From Bacteroidota bacterium (GTDB lineage Bacteria > Bacteroidota > Bacteroidia > AKYH767-A > OLB10): 63,964 nt of DNA. Below the pieces are notes generated by a model. It ran no database searches. It saw only the letters and a list, made by a program, of their open reading frames with translations, and was not told where the DNA came from. The DNA is taken from assembly GCA_031421935.1 (NCBI GenBank), contig JANOPQ010000171.1, positions 1 to 63,964 of the forward strand, in the 5' to 3' direction. How positions within the stretch are numbered: the first letter of the stretch is position 1; every line of letters starts with the position of its first letter. Shown here piece by piece: positions 34,842 through 44,393 of the stretch. Made by a program: the position numbers and the translations under genes.

Positions 34842-34884
34842 CAAAAACCAAAAGCTAAAAACCAAAAGCTAGAAGCTAGCAGCC
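34842..34884 (-). repeat. heptad array (minus strand) GGCTGCT AGCTTCT AGCTTTT GGTTTTT AGCTTTT GGTTTTT
   Basis: It begins 6 nt after the pyrD stop codon on the minus strand. It belongs to the same word family as 12085 and 31725. Confidence 0.8.
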
Positions 34885-34890
34885 ATAAAC

Positions 34891-35910
34891 TCATTTCAAC
34901 AGTCCAGATAAAATTTTCTTGACCATGCCCGGACCTTCATAAATAAATCCGGTGTACACTTGTAATAAATCGGCGCCGGCTTCTAATTTTTCTTTGGCGT
35001 CAGCTGCATTAAAAATTCCACCTACACCAATAATTACTAAATCCTTTCCTGCAATTTTTCGGATATAACGAATTACTTCGGTACTTCTTTTTGTAACTGG
35101 CCGACCACTTAATCCACCCATTTCTTTCGTTACGCTTTCTTCTGTTTTTAAATTTTCTCGGGAGATGGTTGTGTTGGTTGCTATGATGCCTTGCAACCCA
35201 ACTGTTTTCACGATGTCAACAATTTCGTCTAACTGTTCATTGGTTAAATCGGGCGCAATTTTTAAAAGAAGTGGTTTTGGTTTTTTCTGTTGATTGAGAT
35301 CCGATAAACGCTGCAATAATTTTGTTAATGGTTCACGTTCTTGTAATGCACGAAGTCCGGGTGTGTTGGGCGAACTCACATTCACTACAAAATAATCGAC
35401 AACAGGATACAATTCTTCAAAGCAAATTTCATAATCGCTCAATGCATCTTCGTTTGATGTGGCTTTGTTCTTTCCAATATTTCCACCCACAATAATATTC
35501 GATGGTCTATTCTCTAATCGCTTTATTAAAACTTGAACACCTTCGTTATTAAAACCCATTCGGTTAATGAGTCCGCTGTCTTTTGGCAAGCGAAACATGC
35601 GTGGCTGATCATTACCGGGCTGGGGTTTTGGTGTCACCGTACCTACCTCAATAAACCCAAATCCAAATACTGAAAGCTCTTCGAATAATTTTCCGTCCTT
35701 ATCAAAACCCGCTGCCAATCCAATTGGATTTGGGAACTTTAAACCCATAATCTCCTTTTCCAGACTGCTACTCTTCACTGTAAATATTTGTTTTGCAATA
35801 AATTGCAATCCTGGAATTGAAAAAATCACCTTCAAAGCATTGAATGTGAAATGATGAGCTGCTTCCGGATTCATCCTAAAAAGAAGAGGTCGAATGATGC
35901 TTTTGTACAT
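34891..35910 (-). CDS. pyrD: dihydroorotate dehydrogenase (quinone), class 2
   Basis: 339 aa with [25 protein letters not shown] and GGLSG motifs. Confidence 0.92.
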   Translation of the reverse strand: MYKSIIRPLLFRMNPEAAHHFTFNALKVIFSIPGLQFIAKQIFTVKSSSLEKEIMGLKFPNPIGLAAGFDKDGKLFEELSVFGFGFIEVGTVTPKPQPGNDQPRMFRLPKDSGLINRMGFNNEGVQVLIKRLENRPSNIIVGGNIGKNKATSNEDALSDYEICFEELYPVVDYFVVNVSSPNTPGLRALQEREPLTKLLQRLSDLNQQKKPKPLLLKIAPDLTNEQLDEIVDIVKTVGLQGIIATNTTISRENLKTEESVTKEMGGLSGRPVTKRSTEVIRYIRKIAGKDLVIIGVGGIFNAADAKEKLEAGADLLQVYTGFIYEGPGMVKKILSGLLK

Positions 35911-35950
35911 AATGCAAGATTAGTAAATAATAAATTATAGAGATCAAATA

Positions 35951-35987
35951 AATAATTTAGACAAGTCTAAATTATTTTTTACATTTG
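35951..35987 (+). promoter_or_regulatory. perfect 12+12 palindrome (candidate MntR operator) abutting the -7 box of the mntR-mntH operon
   Basis: AATAATTTAGAC-AA-GTCTAAATTATT (35951..35976) has perfectly complementary arms. TACATTTG (35980..35987) fits TAnnTTTG and lies 20 nt before the ATG at 36007. Confidence 0.6.
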
Positions 35988-36006
35988 CCAATATCTTATT
36001 CAACGA

Positions 36007-36669
36007 ATGACCACATCCACCGAAGAAAACTACCTCAAAGCCATTTATCATCTAAGTACTGGAAATCAAAATTCAGTTCTTACTTCAGCCATTGCGGGAT
36101 CTTTATCCACCAGCGCGGCTTCGGTTACTGATATGATTAAAAAACTTTCGGAAAAAAACATGGTAGAATATGAACGCTATCATGGAGTGAAAATCACGCG
36201 TAAAGGCGAAAAGGTTGCGTTAAGCATTATTCGCCGACATCGTTTATGGGAGGTATTTTTGATGGACACCCTGAAGTTTAAATGGGATGAAGTTCATGAT
36301 TTAGCAGAGGAGTTAGAGCATGTTAGTTCGGATGAATTAACAAAAAGATTAGATGCTTTTTTAGGCTTCCCTAAATTCGATCCGCATGGTGATCCTATTC
36401 CCGATACGAACGGAAAAGTACATTCCAACGGACAAGTTTTACTTTCAGAAATCACAAAAAAAGGAAAGTACATTTTAAGCGGCGTTAATGATCACAGCCC
36501 ATCTTTTCTTCAATATCTTGAAAAGAAAGGATTGATTCCTGGAAGCATATTTTCCATTGTGGAGATGGATGAATTCGACAATAGCATGCAAATTATTTTC
36601 AGCAATAAAAAATCCATCTTCATCAGCAAAGAAGTCAGTAAAAACCTTTTAGTAAGAAGCCATGAATAA
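36007..36669 (+). CDS. mntR: DtxR/MntR-family metal-dependent transcriptional regulator with C-terminal FeoA-like domain
   Basis: Starts TEENYLKAIYHL, with wHTH, the dimerisation/metal region RRHRLWEVFL...ELEH, and an SH3-like tail. Confidence 0.8.
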   Translation: MTTSTEENYLKAIYHLSTGNQNSVLTSAIAGSLSTSAASVTDMIKKLSEKNMVEYERYHGVKITRKGEKVALSIIRRHRLWEVFLMDTLKFKWDEVHDLAEELEHVSSDELTKRLDAFLGFPKFDPHGDPIPDTNGKVHSNGQVLLSEITKKGKYILSGVNDHSPSFLQYLEKKGLIPGSIFSIVEMDEFDNSMQIIFSNKKSIFISKEVSKNLLVRSHE

Positions 36670-38560
36670 AAATAAAGAACAACAAACTTCACTATCCGAA
36701 GTTCATGGAAGTATTAAAGTCGACAGCAGCATGAGTTTCAAAAGGAAACTTTTGGCTTTTTTAGGTCCTGCATACATGGTGAGTGTTGGCTACATGGACC
36801 CGGGAAATTGGGCAACTGATATTGCAGGGGGAAGTCAGTTTGGATATTCGCTTATTTGGGTTTTGTTAATGTCGAATTTAATGGCGTTGCTCTTACAAAG
36901 TTTGAGCGTACGACTTGGTATTGTTAGAGGACGCGATTTAGCACAAGCTTCGCGTGAAATGTTTCCTGGATTTGTAAATTATTTTCTCTACATACTAGCA
37001 GAAATTGCCATTGCAGCTTGTGACTTAGCAGAAGTATTAGGAATGGCCATTGGACTTTATTTACTTTTTGATTTACCCTTGATGTATGGTGTCGTCATCA
37101 GTGCGCTCGACACCTTCCTCCTACTCTTTCTCATGAATCATGGAATTAGAAAGATGGAAGTATTTATCATCAGTTTAGTTGCTACCATTGGATTTGCATT
37201 TGTAGCACAAATGGTCATTGCACAACCTGTAATATCAGAAGTAATGACTGGATTTATTCCAACTTCCATGAGTAATACGGCACTCTATATTGCTATTGGA
37301 ATTATTGGAGCCACGGTGATGCCGCATAATCTGTATTTACACTCGGCACTTGTTCAAACTCGAAAATTTGATCGAACAGATAAAGAAATATCGAGGGCCA
37401 TTAAATTTAATATTCTCGATAGCACCATCGCATTAAATGCAGCTTTTTTTGTGAATGCTGCCATTCTAATTCTTGCTGCAAGTACATTCTACAAAGTGGG
37501 GATGCATGAAGTAAATGATATTATGGATGCACATCGATTGTTAGAGCCACTTTTAGGGTCAAAGCTCGCTCCTATTCTCTTTGCTGTTGCATTACTCTGC
37601 GCAGGACAAAGCAGTACCATTACAGGAACGTTAGCAGGACAAATTGTGATGGAAGGTTATTTGAATTTAAGAATTGCACCTTGGATACGTCGACTCATCA
37701 CACGATTAATTGCCATTGTACCGGCAGTACTCGTGATTCACATTGCTGGTGAAAGTGCAACTACTGAATTATTAATTTTTAGTCAAGTAATTCTTTCTTT
37801 GCAACTGGGATTTGCAGTCATTCCACTCATTCATTTTGTGAGTGACAAAAGCAAAATGGGAAACTTTACCATCTCCTTAAAAACAAAAATTGCAGCATGG
37901 CTATGTGCAATTATTATTGTAGGATTAAACGTAAAATTGGTGTATGGTGAAGTATCGGGTTGGTTAATTGCAGATGATAGTATCTGGCTCAGAATATTGG
38001 TTGTTCCTCTATGTATTTTCGTAGCTTTTATGTTACTTTATATTACATTCGTTCCAATCTTCCGAAAGATGAAACCAAAATCCATTTATTTACCACATGG
38101 AAGTTTTCAAGAAATTAAATTACAAGAATCCTCCAAATACAATCGCATTGCTGTGACTTTAGATTTTGGCTCGATGGATGGAATTGCCCTTCAAAATGCC
38201 GTTAACCAAGGAGGAAAAGAAGCCATCTATATTCTTGTGCATATCAGTGAAAGTGCTATTGCACATTGGATGGGAAGCGACTCTAGCGATTTTGAAAGTA
38301 TTAAGGATACTGAAACGTTGATAGAATACAAAAGGCAGATGATTGAAAATGGATATAAATGCGAGATTGAATTAGGATTTGGGAATCCACGAAAAGCCAT
38401 TCCACAAATCGTAAAAAATGCAAATGCCGACTTACTCGTCATGGGTGCACATGGACACAAAGCTTTAATGGATTTTATTTTAGGCTCCAGTGTTGATGCC
38501 GTTCGACATCAGCTCGATATTCCCGTCTTAGTGGTGACGAAAGATTCGGTGAAAAGTTAA
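36662..38560 (+). CDS. mntH: Nramp divalent-metal transporter fused to a C-terminal universal stress protein (Usp) domain
   Basis: The Nramp signature GYMDPGNWATD is followed by ~11 TM helices. The last ~140 aa (IAVTLDFGSMD...LLVMGAHGHKALMDFILGSSVDAVRHQLDIPVLVV) are Usp-like. The gene overlaps mntR by 8 nt. Confidence 0.85.
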   Translation: MNKNKEQQTSLSEVHGSIKVDSSMSFKRKLLAFLGPAYMVSVGYMDPGNWATDIAGGSQFGYSLIWVLLMSNLMALLLQSLSVRLGIVRGRDLAQASREMFPGFVNYFLYILAEIAIAACDLAEVLGMAIGLYLLFDLPLMYGVVISALDTFLLLFLMNHGIRKMEVFIISLVATIGFAFVAQMVIAQPVISEVMTGFIPTSMSNTALYIAIGIIGATVMPHNLYLHSALVQTRKFDRTDKEISRAIKFNILDSTIALNAAFFVNAAILILAASTFYKVGMHEVNDIMDAHRLLEPLLGSKLAPILFAVALLCAGQSSTITGTLAGQIVMEGYLNLRIAPWIRRLITRLIAIVPAVLVIHIAGESATTELLIFSQVILSLQLGFAVIPLIHFVSDKSKMGNFTISLKTKIAAWLCAIIIVGLNVKLVYGEVSGWLIADDSIWLRILVVPLCIFVAFMLLYITFVPIFRKMKPKSIYLPHGSFQEIKLQESSKYNRIAVTLDFGSMDGIALQNAVNQGGKEAIYILVHISESAIAHWMGSDSSDFESIKDTETLIEYKRQMIENGYKCEIELGFGNPRKAIPQIVKNANADLLVMGAHGHKALMDFILGSSVDAVRHQLDIPVLVVTKDSVKS

Positions 38561-38613
38561 TCAATGGTCACTTCCTTTAAATAGCACTTTACAATTTCGT
38601 ACTTTTGCACCTC

Positions 38614-39078
38614 ATGTCAAAGATTGCCGCCACCGTAAATATAGTTAACAGGAAAGCAAGTTTCAACTACTTCATTAGTGATTCTTGGGAGGCTGGTATT
38701 GTTTTAACAGGAACAGAAATTAAAGCCATAAGAGAGGGAAAAGCGAATTTGGTGGATGCGTATTGCGTTTTTAAGAACACTGAACTATGGGTAAAAAATT
38801 TACATATTTCAGCGTATGAAAAAGGTGGATATACCAACCATGCCCCCCGAGAAGATCGCAAACTATTATTGCATCGTTACCAATTAAAGCGGATCCTAGC
38901 CAAATTAAAGGAAAAAGGAGTCACCTTAATTCCACTTCGCTTATACATTGAAGAAAGAGGATTTGCAAAACTTGAACTCGGACTAGCAAGAGGTAAAAAG
39001 CTGTATGACAAACGCGATAGCTTAAAAGATGCGGAAGCGAAACGTGAATTGGGAAGAGTGATGAAGAAGGACTTTTAG
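38614..39078 (+). CDS. smpB: SsrA-binding protein
   Basis: Contains NRKASFNYFI...EAGIVLTGTEIK and ...LLLHRYQL. I chose ATG 38614 because a TACTTTTG -7 box (38600..38607) overlaps the upstream TTG used by the track. Confidence 0.9.
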   Translation: MSKIAATVNIVNRKASFNYFISDSWEAGIVLTGTEIKAIREGKANLVDAYCVFKNTELWVKNLHISAYEKGGYTNHAPREDRKLLLHRYQLKRILAKLKEKGVTLIPLRLYIEERGFAKLELGLARGKKLYDKRDSLKDAEAKRELGRVMKKDF

Positions 39079-39136
39079 GCAATTGGTGAATTGGTGTGTT
39101 GGTAAATTGGCAAATTGCTGCGCTAGGTAGATAGTG
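39079..39136 (+). repeat. TTGG-word array (AATTGGTG AATTGGTGTG TTGGTAAATTGG CAAATTGC...)
   Basis: It starts 1 nt after the smpB stop codon. Confidence 0.7.
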
Positions 39137-39187
39137 ATTTTTGTGAAAAATTGCTCGTATCAGTGTTAATATATCTTAGTGAAAAAA

Positions 39188-39230
39188 CATTGCGATCCTT
39201 GCGCCTTCCCCGCGTTCTTTGCGGTTAAAC
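39188..39230 (-). repeat. TGCG-word array; minus strand reads TTAACCGCAAAGAACGCGGGGAAGGCGCAAGGATCGCAATG followed by TTTTTT
   Basis: It lies 34 nt after the stop of the 39264..40310 gene on the minus strand and ends in a T-tract in that orientation. Confidence 0.7.
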
Positions 39231-39263
39231 TATCGAAAAAGTCTACAGCATTGTAAACTTAAC

Positions 39264-40310
39264 TTAATCGGTAATCACACTTCGTTTAAGATTTGTGGAA
39301 ATCGTAAAATGATTACTTCCTCCTGCTGGATTAAAGATAGTATTAGCATAGGAAATTTGAAATCGATTTATTTTAAATCCAAATCCTAAACTCAATCCAC
39401 TCATCCCTTTTTTCTCAGGGAATTGCAATTCATAGCGACGCAAGAAATTATATCCTACACGCACATTGAAATTTTGTGTAAATAAAATCTCTAAATTTAA
39501 AATAAGATGTTTTGAAAATTTATTCAATGTAGACAATTTTTTCTCTTGACTTTCTCCTGTTAGTGGATCAATACCTGAAGCAGACGGATCCTTAAAGCTC
39601 AAATCAAATTTTTGCAATTGTTGTGCAATTAATGAAAAGCGGAAAGGTGCTTTCGGTAATTTTCGAGACACTCCTACTTGTACTTCAAAAGGCAACTTTT
39701 CACGTTCTGCTCCTTCATACGTTTTAAGTTGTGTTCCCACATTCTTCACTACGAATGCTGCCGACCATAATTTTTCATCATTCATCCAATTTAAAGCAAC
39801 ATCGGTTGCAATTCCATTGGATGTATTACTACCGAAACTGGATAATATATATTTTACATTCGCTCCCACATATAAATTACTATCCAATGCTTTTGACCAT
39901 GCTACATTAAAAGCGTATTCTCCCGCTTTAAACACACCTACTTTCTCTGCATTCACATTAGTCTCATCAAACTCACCATAACTGATGTATTGCATATTGA
40001 AACCAAAGGTTCCGACTTTCGAAAAATCCTTTGCAAACAACACATTCCCATATTTTATACCTGCAAGATGTCCTACATAACTGGTAGAAACATGAAGGTC
40101 CATAGAAGGACGAAGAAGTGCGGGATTTTGTGCAAATAAGATAATATCTTCAGAAGGTGTCGAGATCGCATTCCCTCCTAACGCAGCAGTCCTAGCCGGT
40201 GCAACTAAATTAAGGAAATTGAATGTCGAATTCCCTCCGCTTTGGGCATAAACAGATTTATGAAGATTCATCAAAAACAAAACGCCAATAAAAAGTAATT
40301 TTCTATCCAT
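39264..40310 (-). CDS. porQ: T9SS PorQ-family outer-membrane beta-barrel protein
   Basis: 348 aa. It has a signal peptide followed by GGNSTFNFLNLVAPARTAALGGN, the PorQ-family opening as I recall it. The rest has beta-barrel patterning. Confidence 0.55.
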   Translation of the reverse strand: MDRKLLFIGVLFLMNLHKSVYAQSGGNSTFNFLNLVAPARTAALGGNAISTPSEDIILFAQNPALLRPSMDLHVSTSYVGHLAGIKYGNVLFAKDFSKVGTFGFNMQYISYGEFDETNVNAEKVGVFKAGEYAFNVAWSKALDSNLYVGANVKYILSSFGSNTSNGIATDVALNWMNDEKLWSAAFVVKNVGTQLKTYEGAEREKLPFEVQVGVSRKLPKAPFRFSLIAQQLQKFDLSFKDPSASGIDPLTGESQEKKLSTLNKFSKHLILNLEILFTQNFNVRVGYNFLRRYELQFPEKKGMSGLSLGFGFKINRFQISYANTIFNPAGGSNHFTISTNLKRSVITD

Positions 40311-40353
40311 AGATTTTTAGAGAACGCATTTTTCGAAATTCTATTGCCTTGAA

Positions 40354-41643
40354 TTAATAAATCGCAAACTTCTCATAAAGAGGAAACGCATCCATGAATA
40401 GGTGAACTTCTTCCTTCACCTTTAAAATTACCTTGTCATTGTCTTTATTCATCAGTACCTTGTCAATAAATCCAACAATTTTTTTCATGTGTTTTTCTTT
40501 CATCCCTCGGCTGGTGATGGATGAGGTTCCTACCCGTATTCCAGAAGTAACGAATGGACTTTTATCGTCGAAAGGAACCATGTTTTTATTCAAGGTAATA
40601 TCGGCTCGAACCAAAGCATTTTCGGCTTCCTTACCCGAAATATTTTTATTTCTGAGATCGATCAACATCATGTGATTATCTGTTCCACCTGAGATGAGTT
40701 GATATCCTTTTTCATTTAAAGCAGCCGCCAAAGCTTTCGCATTTTTTGCTACTTGCACAACGTACTGTAAATAATCATCCGTTAGTGCCTCACCAAATGC
40801 TATCGCTTTTGCAGCAATAACATGCTCCAACGGTCCACCTTGTGTGCCTGGGAATACAGCACCATCTAAAATCGCCGACATCATTTTCACTTCTCCTTTT
40901 GGAGTTTTGATACCCATTGGATTTGGAAAATCTGCGCCCATCAAAATTAATCCTCCACGAGGTCCACGCAACGTTTTATGTGTTGTAGTGGTGATGATAT
41001 GACAATGCGGAACGGGATCATTCAACAATCCTTTTGCGATAAGTCCAGAAGGATGTGAAATATCGGCAAGTAATAATGCACCCACTTTATCAGCAATTTT
41101 TCTTAAACGAATATAATCCCAATCGCGAGAATAGGCCGAAGCACCACAAATAATCAACTTCGGTTTTTCCTTTTTCGCAGTTGCTTCGAGCTTGTTGTAG
41201 TCGATGAGTCCTGTCGATTTTTCTACTCCATAAAAACTTGGAACATATAGTTTTCCACTGAAATTTACAGGAGAACCATGTGTAAGATGTCCACCGTGCG
41301 ATAAATCAAATCCCAAAATTTTATCACCTGGTTGCAATACACCAAGCATCACGGCTGCATTGGCCTGTGCTCCTGAATGTGGCTGTACATTTGCCCAAAC
41401 CGCACCAAACAATTCTTTGGCGCGATCGATTGCAATTTGTTCAATTTGATCGACCACTTCACAACCACCATAATATCTTTTTCCGGGCAGACCTTCGGCA
41501 TATTTATTTGTTAAACAAGAACCCATGGCTTCCATGACTTGCTTAGACACAAAATTTTCAGAGGCGATTAACTCAATGCCTTTTCGTTGACGGGCTAACT
41601 CAGCTTTGATGAGTTTGAATATTACTTTGTCTTTTTCGATCAT
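40354..41643 (-). CDS. glyA: serine hydroxymethyltransferase
   Basis: The PLP-lysine motif is [14 protein letters not shown]. 429 aa. Confidence 0.95.
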   Translation of the reverse strand: MIEKDKVIFKLIKAELARQRKGIELIASENFVSKQVMEAMGSCLTNKYAEGLPGKRYYGGCEVVDQIEQIAIDRAKELFGAVWANVQPHSGAQANAAVMLGVLQPGDKILGFDLSHGGHLTHGSPVNFSGKLYVPSFYGVEKSTGLIDYNKLEATAKKEKPKLIICGASAYSRDWDYIRLRKIADKVGALLLADISHPSGLIAKGLLNDPVPHCHIITTTTHKTLRGPRGGLILMGADFPNPMGIKTPKGEVKMMSAILDGAVFPGTQGGPLEHVIAAKAIAFGEALTDDYLQYVVQVAKNAKALAAALNEKGYQLISGGTDNHMMLIDLRNKNISGKEAENALVRADITLNKNMVPFDDKSPFVTSGIRVGTSSITSRGMKEKHMKKIVGFIDKVLMNKDNDKVILKVKEEVHLFMDAFPLYEKFAIY

Positions 41644-41652
41644 GGTTTGGTA

Positions 41653-41676
41653 AACCTAGGGATTAATCCCTAGGTT
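41653..41676. other. 24-bp perfect palindrome AACCTAGGGATTAATCCCTAGGTT
   Basis: It fills most of the 45-nt gap between the nucleotidyltransferase stop (41689) and the glyA start (41643). On the minus strand it ends in TAGGTTTA, a near -7 box. Confidence 0.6.
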
Positions 41677-41688
41677 ATGGTAAGAAGG

Positions 41689-42684
41689 TTAACTAAAATC
41701 TATTTCGGTGCTATCGCCAATGTTGAGGCTTTGGCTGAGGCCTTTGAGAAAGGCGTCGCTGCCAACAATACTTTGATGAAGGATAGCGGTCTCAAGGTGA
41801 GCATAAGCGCCAATGATAGAATCTTTGATGACGGAATGTCGGATGATGGTATGCTCACCAATCGAGACGTTAGGTCCAATAATAGAATCCGAAATATCAC
41901 AATGTTCGGCGATACTTACGGGATGAATAATGATGGTATTATGGAAATTAAATTTACGTTGGATGGCTTCTGAATTTTTCTTCAACAACACTTCATTAGT
42001 CTCTAACAAATTGGCTTTACTACCGCAATCGAACCAACTCCCCACTTGAAACGTAGTTACTTTTTCACCTTGAGTAATCATTCGTTGAATTCCATAGGTG
42101 AGATGAAATTCACCTTGATGACGAATATTATTTCGAACGATATGATCAAGTGCTTCCATCAACTTCCCAGCTTCACGAAAACGATAAATACCTACCAAAG
42201 CTAAATTAGATTTTGGGATGGTAGGTTTTTCTTCAAGACGAGTAATGAATCCTTCTGAATCAACATCAGCTACACCAAACTGTCGGGGGTCATCCACTTT
42301 TTGCAAACCTAATGCAGAGTGTGGCATCTTCACCAATTCAGCCAAATCATAGTCGATGATGGTATCACCTAACACGATGAGTAAATCATCATTGGCATCT
42401 ACATGTTCTCTGGCCAACCAAACAGCATGACCAGTTCCTTCGCGAGGTTCTTGAATGATGAAAGAAGATTTTAATTTAGGATACTTCGATTTTACATAAT
42501 CTTCCACTTTATCACCGAGATAACCGATAATAAAAATAAATTCATTGAATCCACCTGCAATCAGGTAGTCCACGATATGCGATAAGATGGGCTTCCCGGC
42601 AACGGGAACCAAGGCTTTGGGCTGTGTATGAGTATGTGGACGAAGTTTCGAACCAATACCGGCAACAGGAATGATGATTTTCAT
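41689..42684 (-). CDS. sugar-phosphate nucleotidyltransferase with C-terminal left-handed beta-helix
   Basis: Opens MKIIIPVAGIGSKLRPHTHTQPKALVPVAGKPIL. C-terminal hexapeptide repeats follow. I chose the start at ATG 42684. Confidence 0.75.
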   Translation of the reverse strand: MKIIIPVAGIGSKLRPHTHTQPKALVPVAGKPILSHIVDYLIAGGFNEFIFIIGYLGDKVEDYVKSKYPKLKSSFIIQEPREGTGHAVWLAREHVDANDDLLIVLGDTIIDYDLAELVKMPHSALGLQKVDDPRQFGVADVDSEGFITRLEEKPTIPKSNLALVGIYRFREAGKLMEALDHIVRNNIRHQGEFHLTYGIQRMITQGEKVTTFQVGSWFDCGSKANLLETNEVLLKKNSEAIQRKFNFHNTIIIHPVSIAEHCDISDSIIGPNVSIGEHTIIRHSVIKDSIIGAYAHLETAILHQSIVGSDAFLKGLSQSLNIGDSTEIDFS

Positions 42685-42816
42685 ACCGGTGTAAAAGTAA
42701 ATCTTTATCATGTATAAAATGAATAAATCAACAAGAAGTTTATTGCACAAATAAAGGGTTAAAACTAAATGAGAAGAAATTAAAAGTTGCAGTCCAATTC
42801 CCTATTTTCGCCTTCA

Positions 42817-43440
42817 ATGAAACTGATGAAACTCTTTCTTTATCTTATTACTGGTTTTACCATCGTCGCCTTTTTAAACTATTATTCGTTCTCCAACTGT
42901 GGAGAAAAACATATGGTGAAAAAGGAGCAACTCGATTCCATTCGTTTTATTTTAGTGCCCGGTGCTGGGAAATACTATCCAACAGGGAGTCGACAGAATT
43001 ATGCCTTTTTAGGCAGAGTGGATTCCAGTGCTTCGCTTTGGCAACAATATCCACACATGAAATTGATTCTCAGCGGTTATGAAGATGACAACTATTACCA
43101 GGAAGCTCATGACCTATTAGATGCCCTCATTCTAAAAGGAGTTCCCGATAGTGTTTGTATTTTAGACCCCAATAGCGCAGATACTTATGAAACATTAATG
43201 TTTTTTAAAAACCATTATGGAGATGAACGGGTTATTATTATTTCACAAGACATCCATCTGAACAGAGCGTTGTGGATGGCAGATCAATTAGGATTGAACG
43301 CATACGGCTATGAAGCCGGTGGATATCCAGATGGGATTCCACGCTGGTTTGTGATCAAAGAAATTGGATCACGATTAAAGGCTCGATTGGAAATATGGGG
43401 ATGGATAAGTCATCAAAGAATAGTAGATCCTTTATCATGA
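42817..43440 (+). CDS. SanA/ElyC-type DUF218 membrane protein
   Basis: It has an N-terminal TM helix and a DUF218 core (ILVPGAG...LILSGYE...DTYETLMF...IIISQDIHLNRALW). I chose ATG 42817. Confidence 0.65.
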   Translation: MKLMKLFLYLITGFTIVAFLNYYSFSNCGEKHMVKKEQLDSIRFILVPGAGKYYPTGSRQNYAFLGRVDSSASLWQQYPHMKLILSGYEDDNYYQEAHDLLDALILKGVPDSVCILDPNSADTYETLMFFKNHYGDERVIIISQDIHLNRALWMADQLGLNAYGYEAGGYPDGIPRWFVIKEIGSRLKARLEIWGWISHQRIVDPLS

Positions 43441-44378
43441 AAAATAGAATTACTGAACTTTTTGAAATTGAATATCCCATTATCCAAGCAGGAATGATTT
43501 GGTGTAGTGGATGGCGGTTAGCCACAGCCGTTAGTAATGCAGGCGGACTTGGATTACTCGGTGCTGGATCCATGTACCCGGATGTACTGAAAGAACATAT
43601 TCAAAAATGTAAAGCGAATACTTCGAAACCTTTTGGAGTGAATGTGCCCTTGCTTTATCCGAATATTGAAGAGCATATGGATATTATTATTTCCGAAAAA
43701 GTGCCCATTGTTTTTACTTCAGCAGGGAATCCAACTACCTGGACATCCACCTTAAAAAAAGAAGGAATAAAAGTCGTTCATGTCATCGCCAATAAAAAAT
43801 TCGCAGAAAAATCGGTTCAAGCGGGTGTGGATGCGATCGTTGCAGAAGGATTTGAAGCGGGAGGACACAATGGAAGAGAAGAAACAACAACTTTGTGTTT
43901 AATTCCCATGATACGCGATCATGTATCCATTCCACTTATTGCTGCGGGAGGAATTGGTAGCGGAAGAGCGATGTTATCATGTTTTGCTTTAGGAGCAGAA
44001 GGCGTTCAAATTGGTTCACGATTTGTCGCAACGAATGAATCTTCGGCACATGATCATTTCAAACAAAAAGTAATAAATTCAAATGAAGGTGACACTCAAC
44101 TTTCGTTAAAACAGCTTACACCTGTACGTCTGTTAAAAAATGAATTCTATCAACAAATTGCAGCAGCAGAATCAAGAGGTGCGTCTGTTGAAGAGTTAAA
44201 AAATATATTAGGAAGAGCAAGAGCTAAAAAAGGAATGTTTGAAGGTGATATGCAAGAAGGAGAATTAGAAATTGGACAAGTTTCATCCTCTATTTCCAAC
44301 ATCCATCCGGCGGCAGAAATTGTATCTGAAATTTGGAATGAATTTAATCAAGAAAAAAACAGACTGTGTCAACTATAA
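43437..44378 (+). CDS. nitronate monooxygenase / FabK-like NAD(P)H-dependent flavin oxidoreductase
   Basis: Contains YPIIQAGM...GGLGLLGAG...EAGGH...IAAGGI. The ATGA overlaps the upstream stop. Confidence 0.75.
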   Translation: MKNRITELFEIEYPIIQAGMIWCSGWRLATAVSNAGGLGLLGAGSMYPDVLKEHIQKCKANTSKPFGVNVPLLYPNIEEHMDIIISEKVPIVFTSAGNPTTWTSTLKKEGIKVVHVIANKKFAEKSVQAGVDAIVAEGFEAGGHNGREETTTLCLIPMIRDHVSIPLIAAGGIGSGRAMLSCFALGAEGVQIGSRFVATNESSAHDHFKQKVINSNEGDTQLSLKQLTPVRLLKNEFYQQIAAAESRGASVEELKNILGRARAKKGMFEGDMQEGELEIGQVSSSISNIHPAAEIVSEIWNEFNQEKNRLCQL

Positions 44379-44393
44379 TCGATTAGAAGGAAC

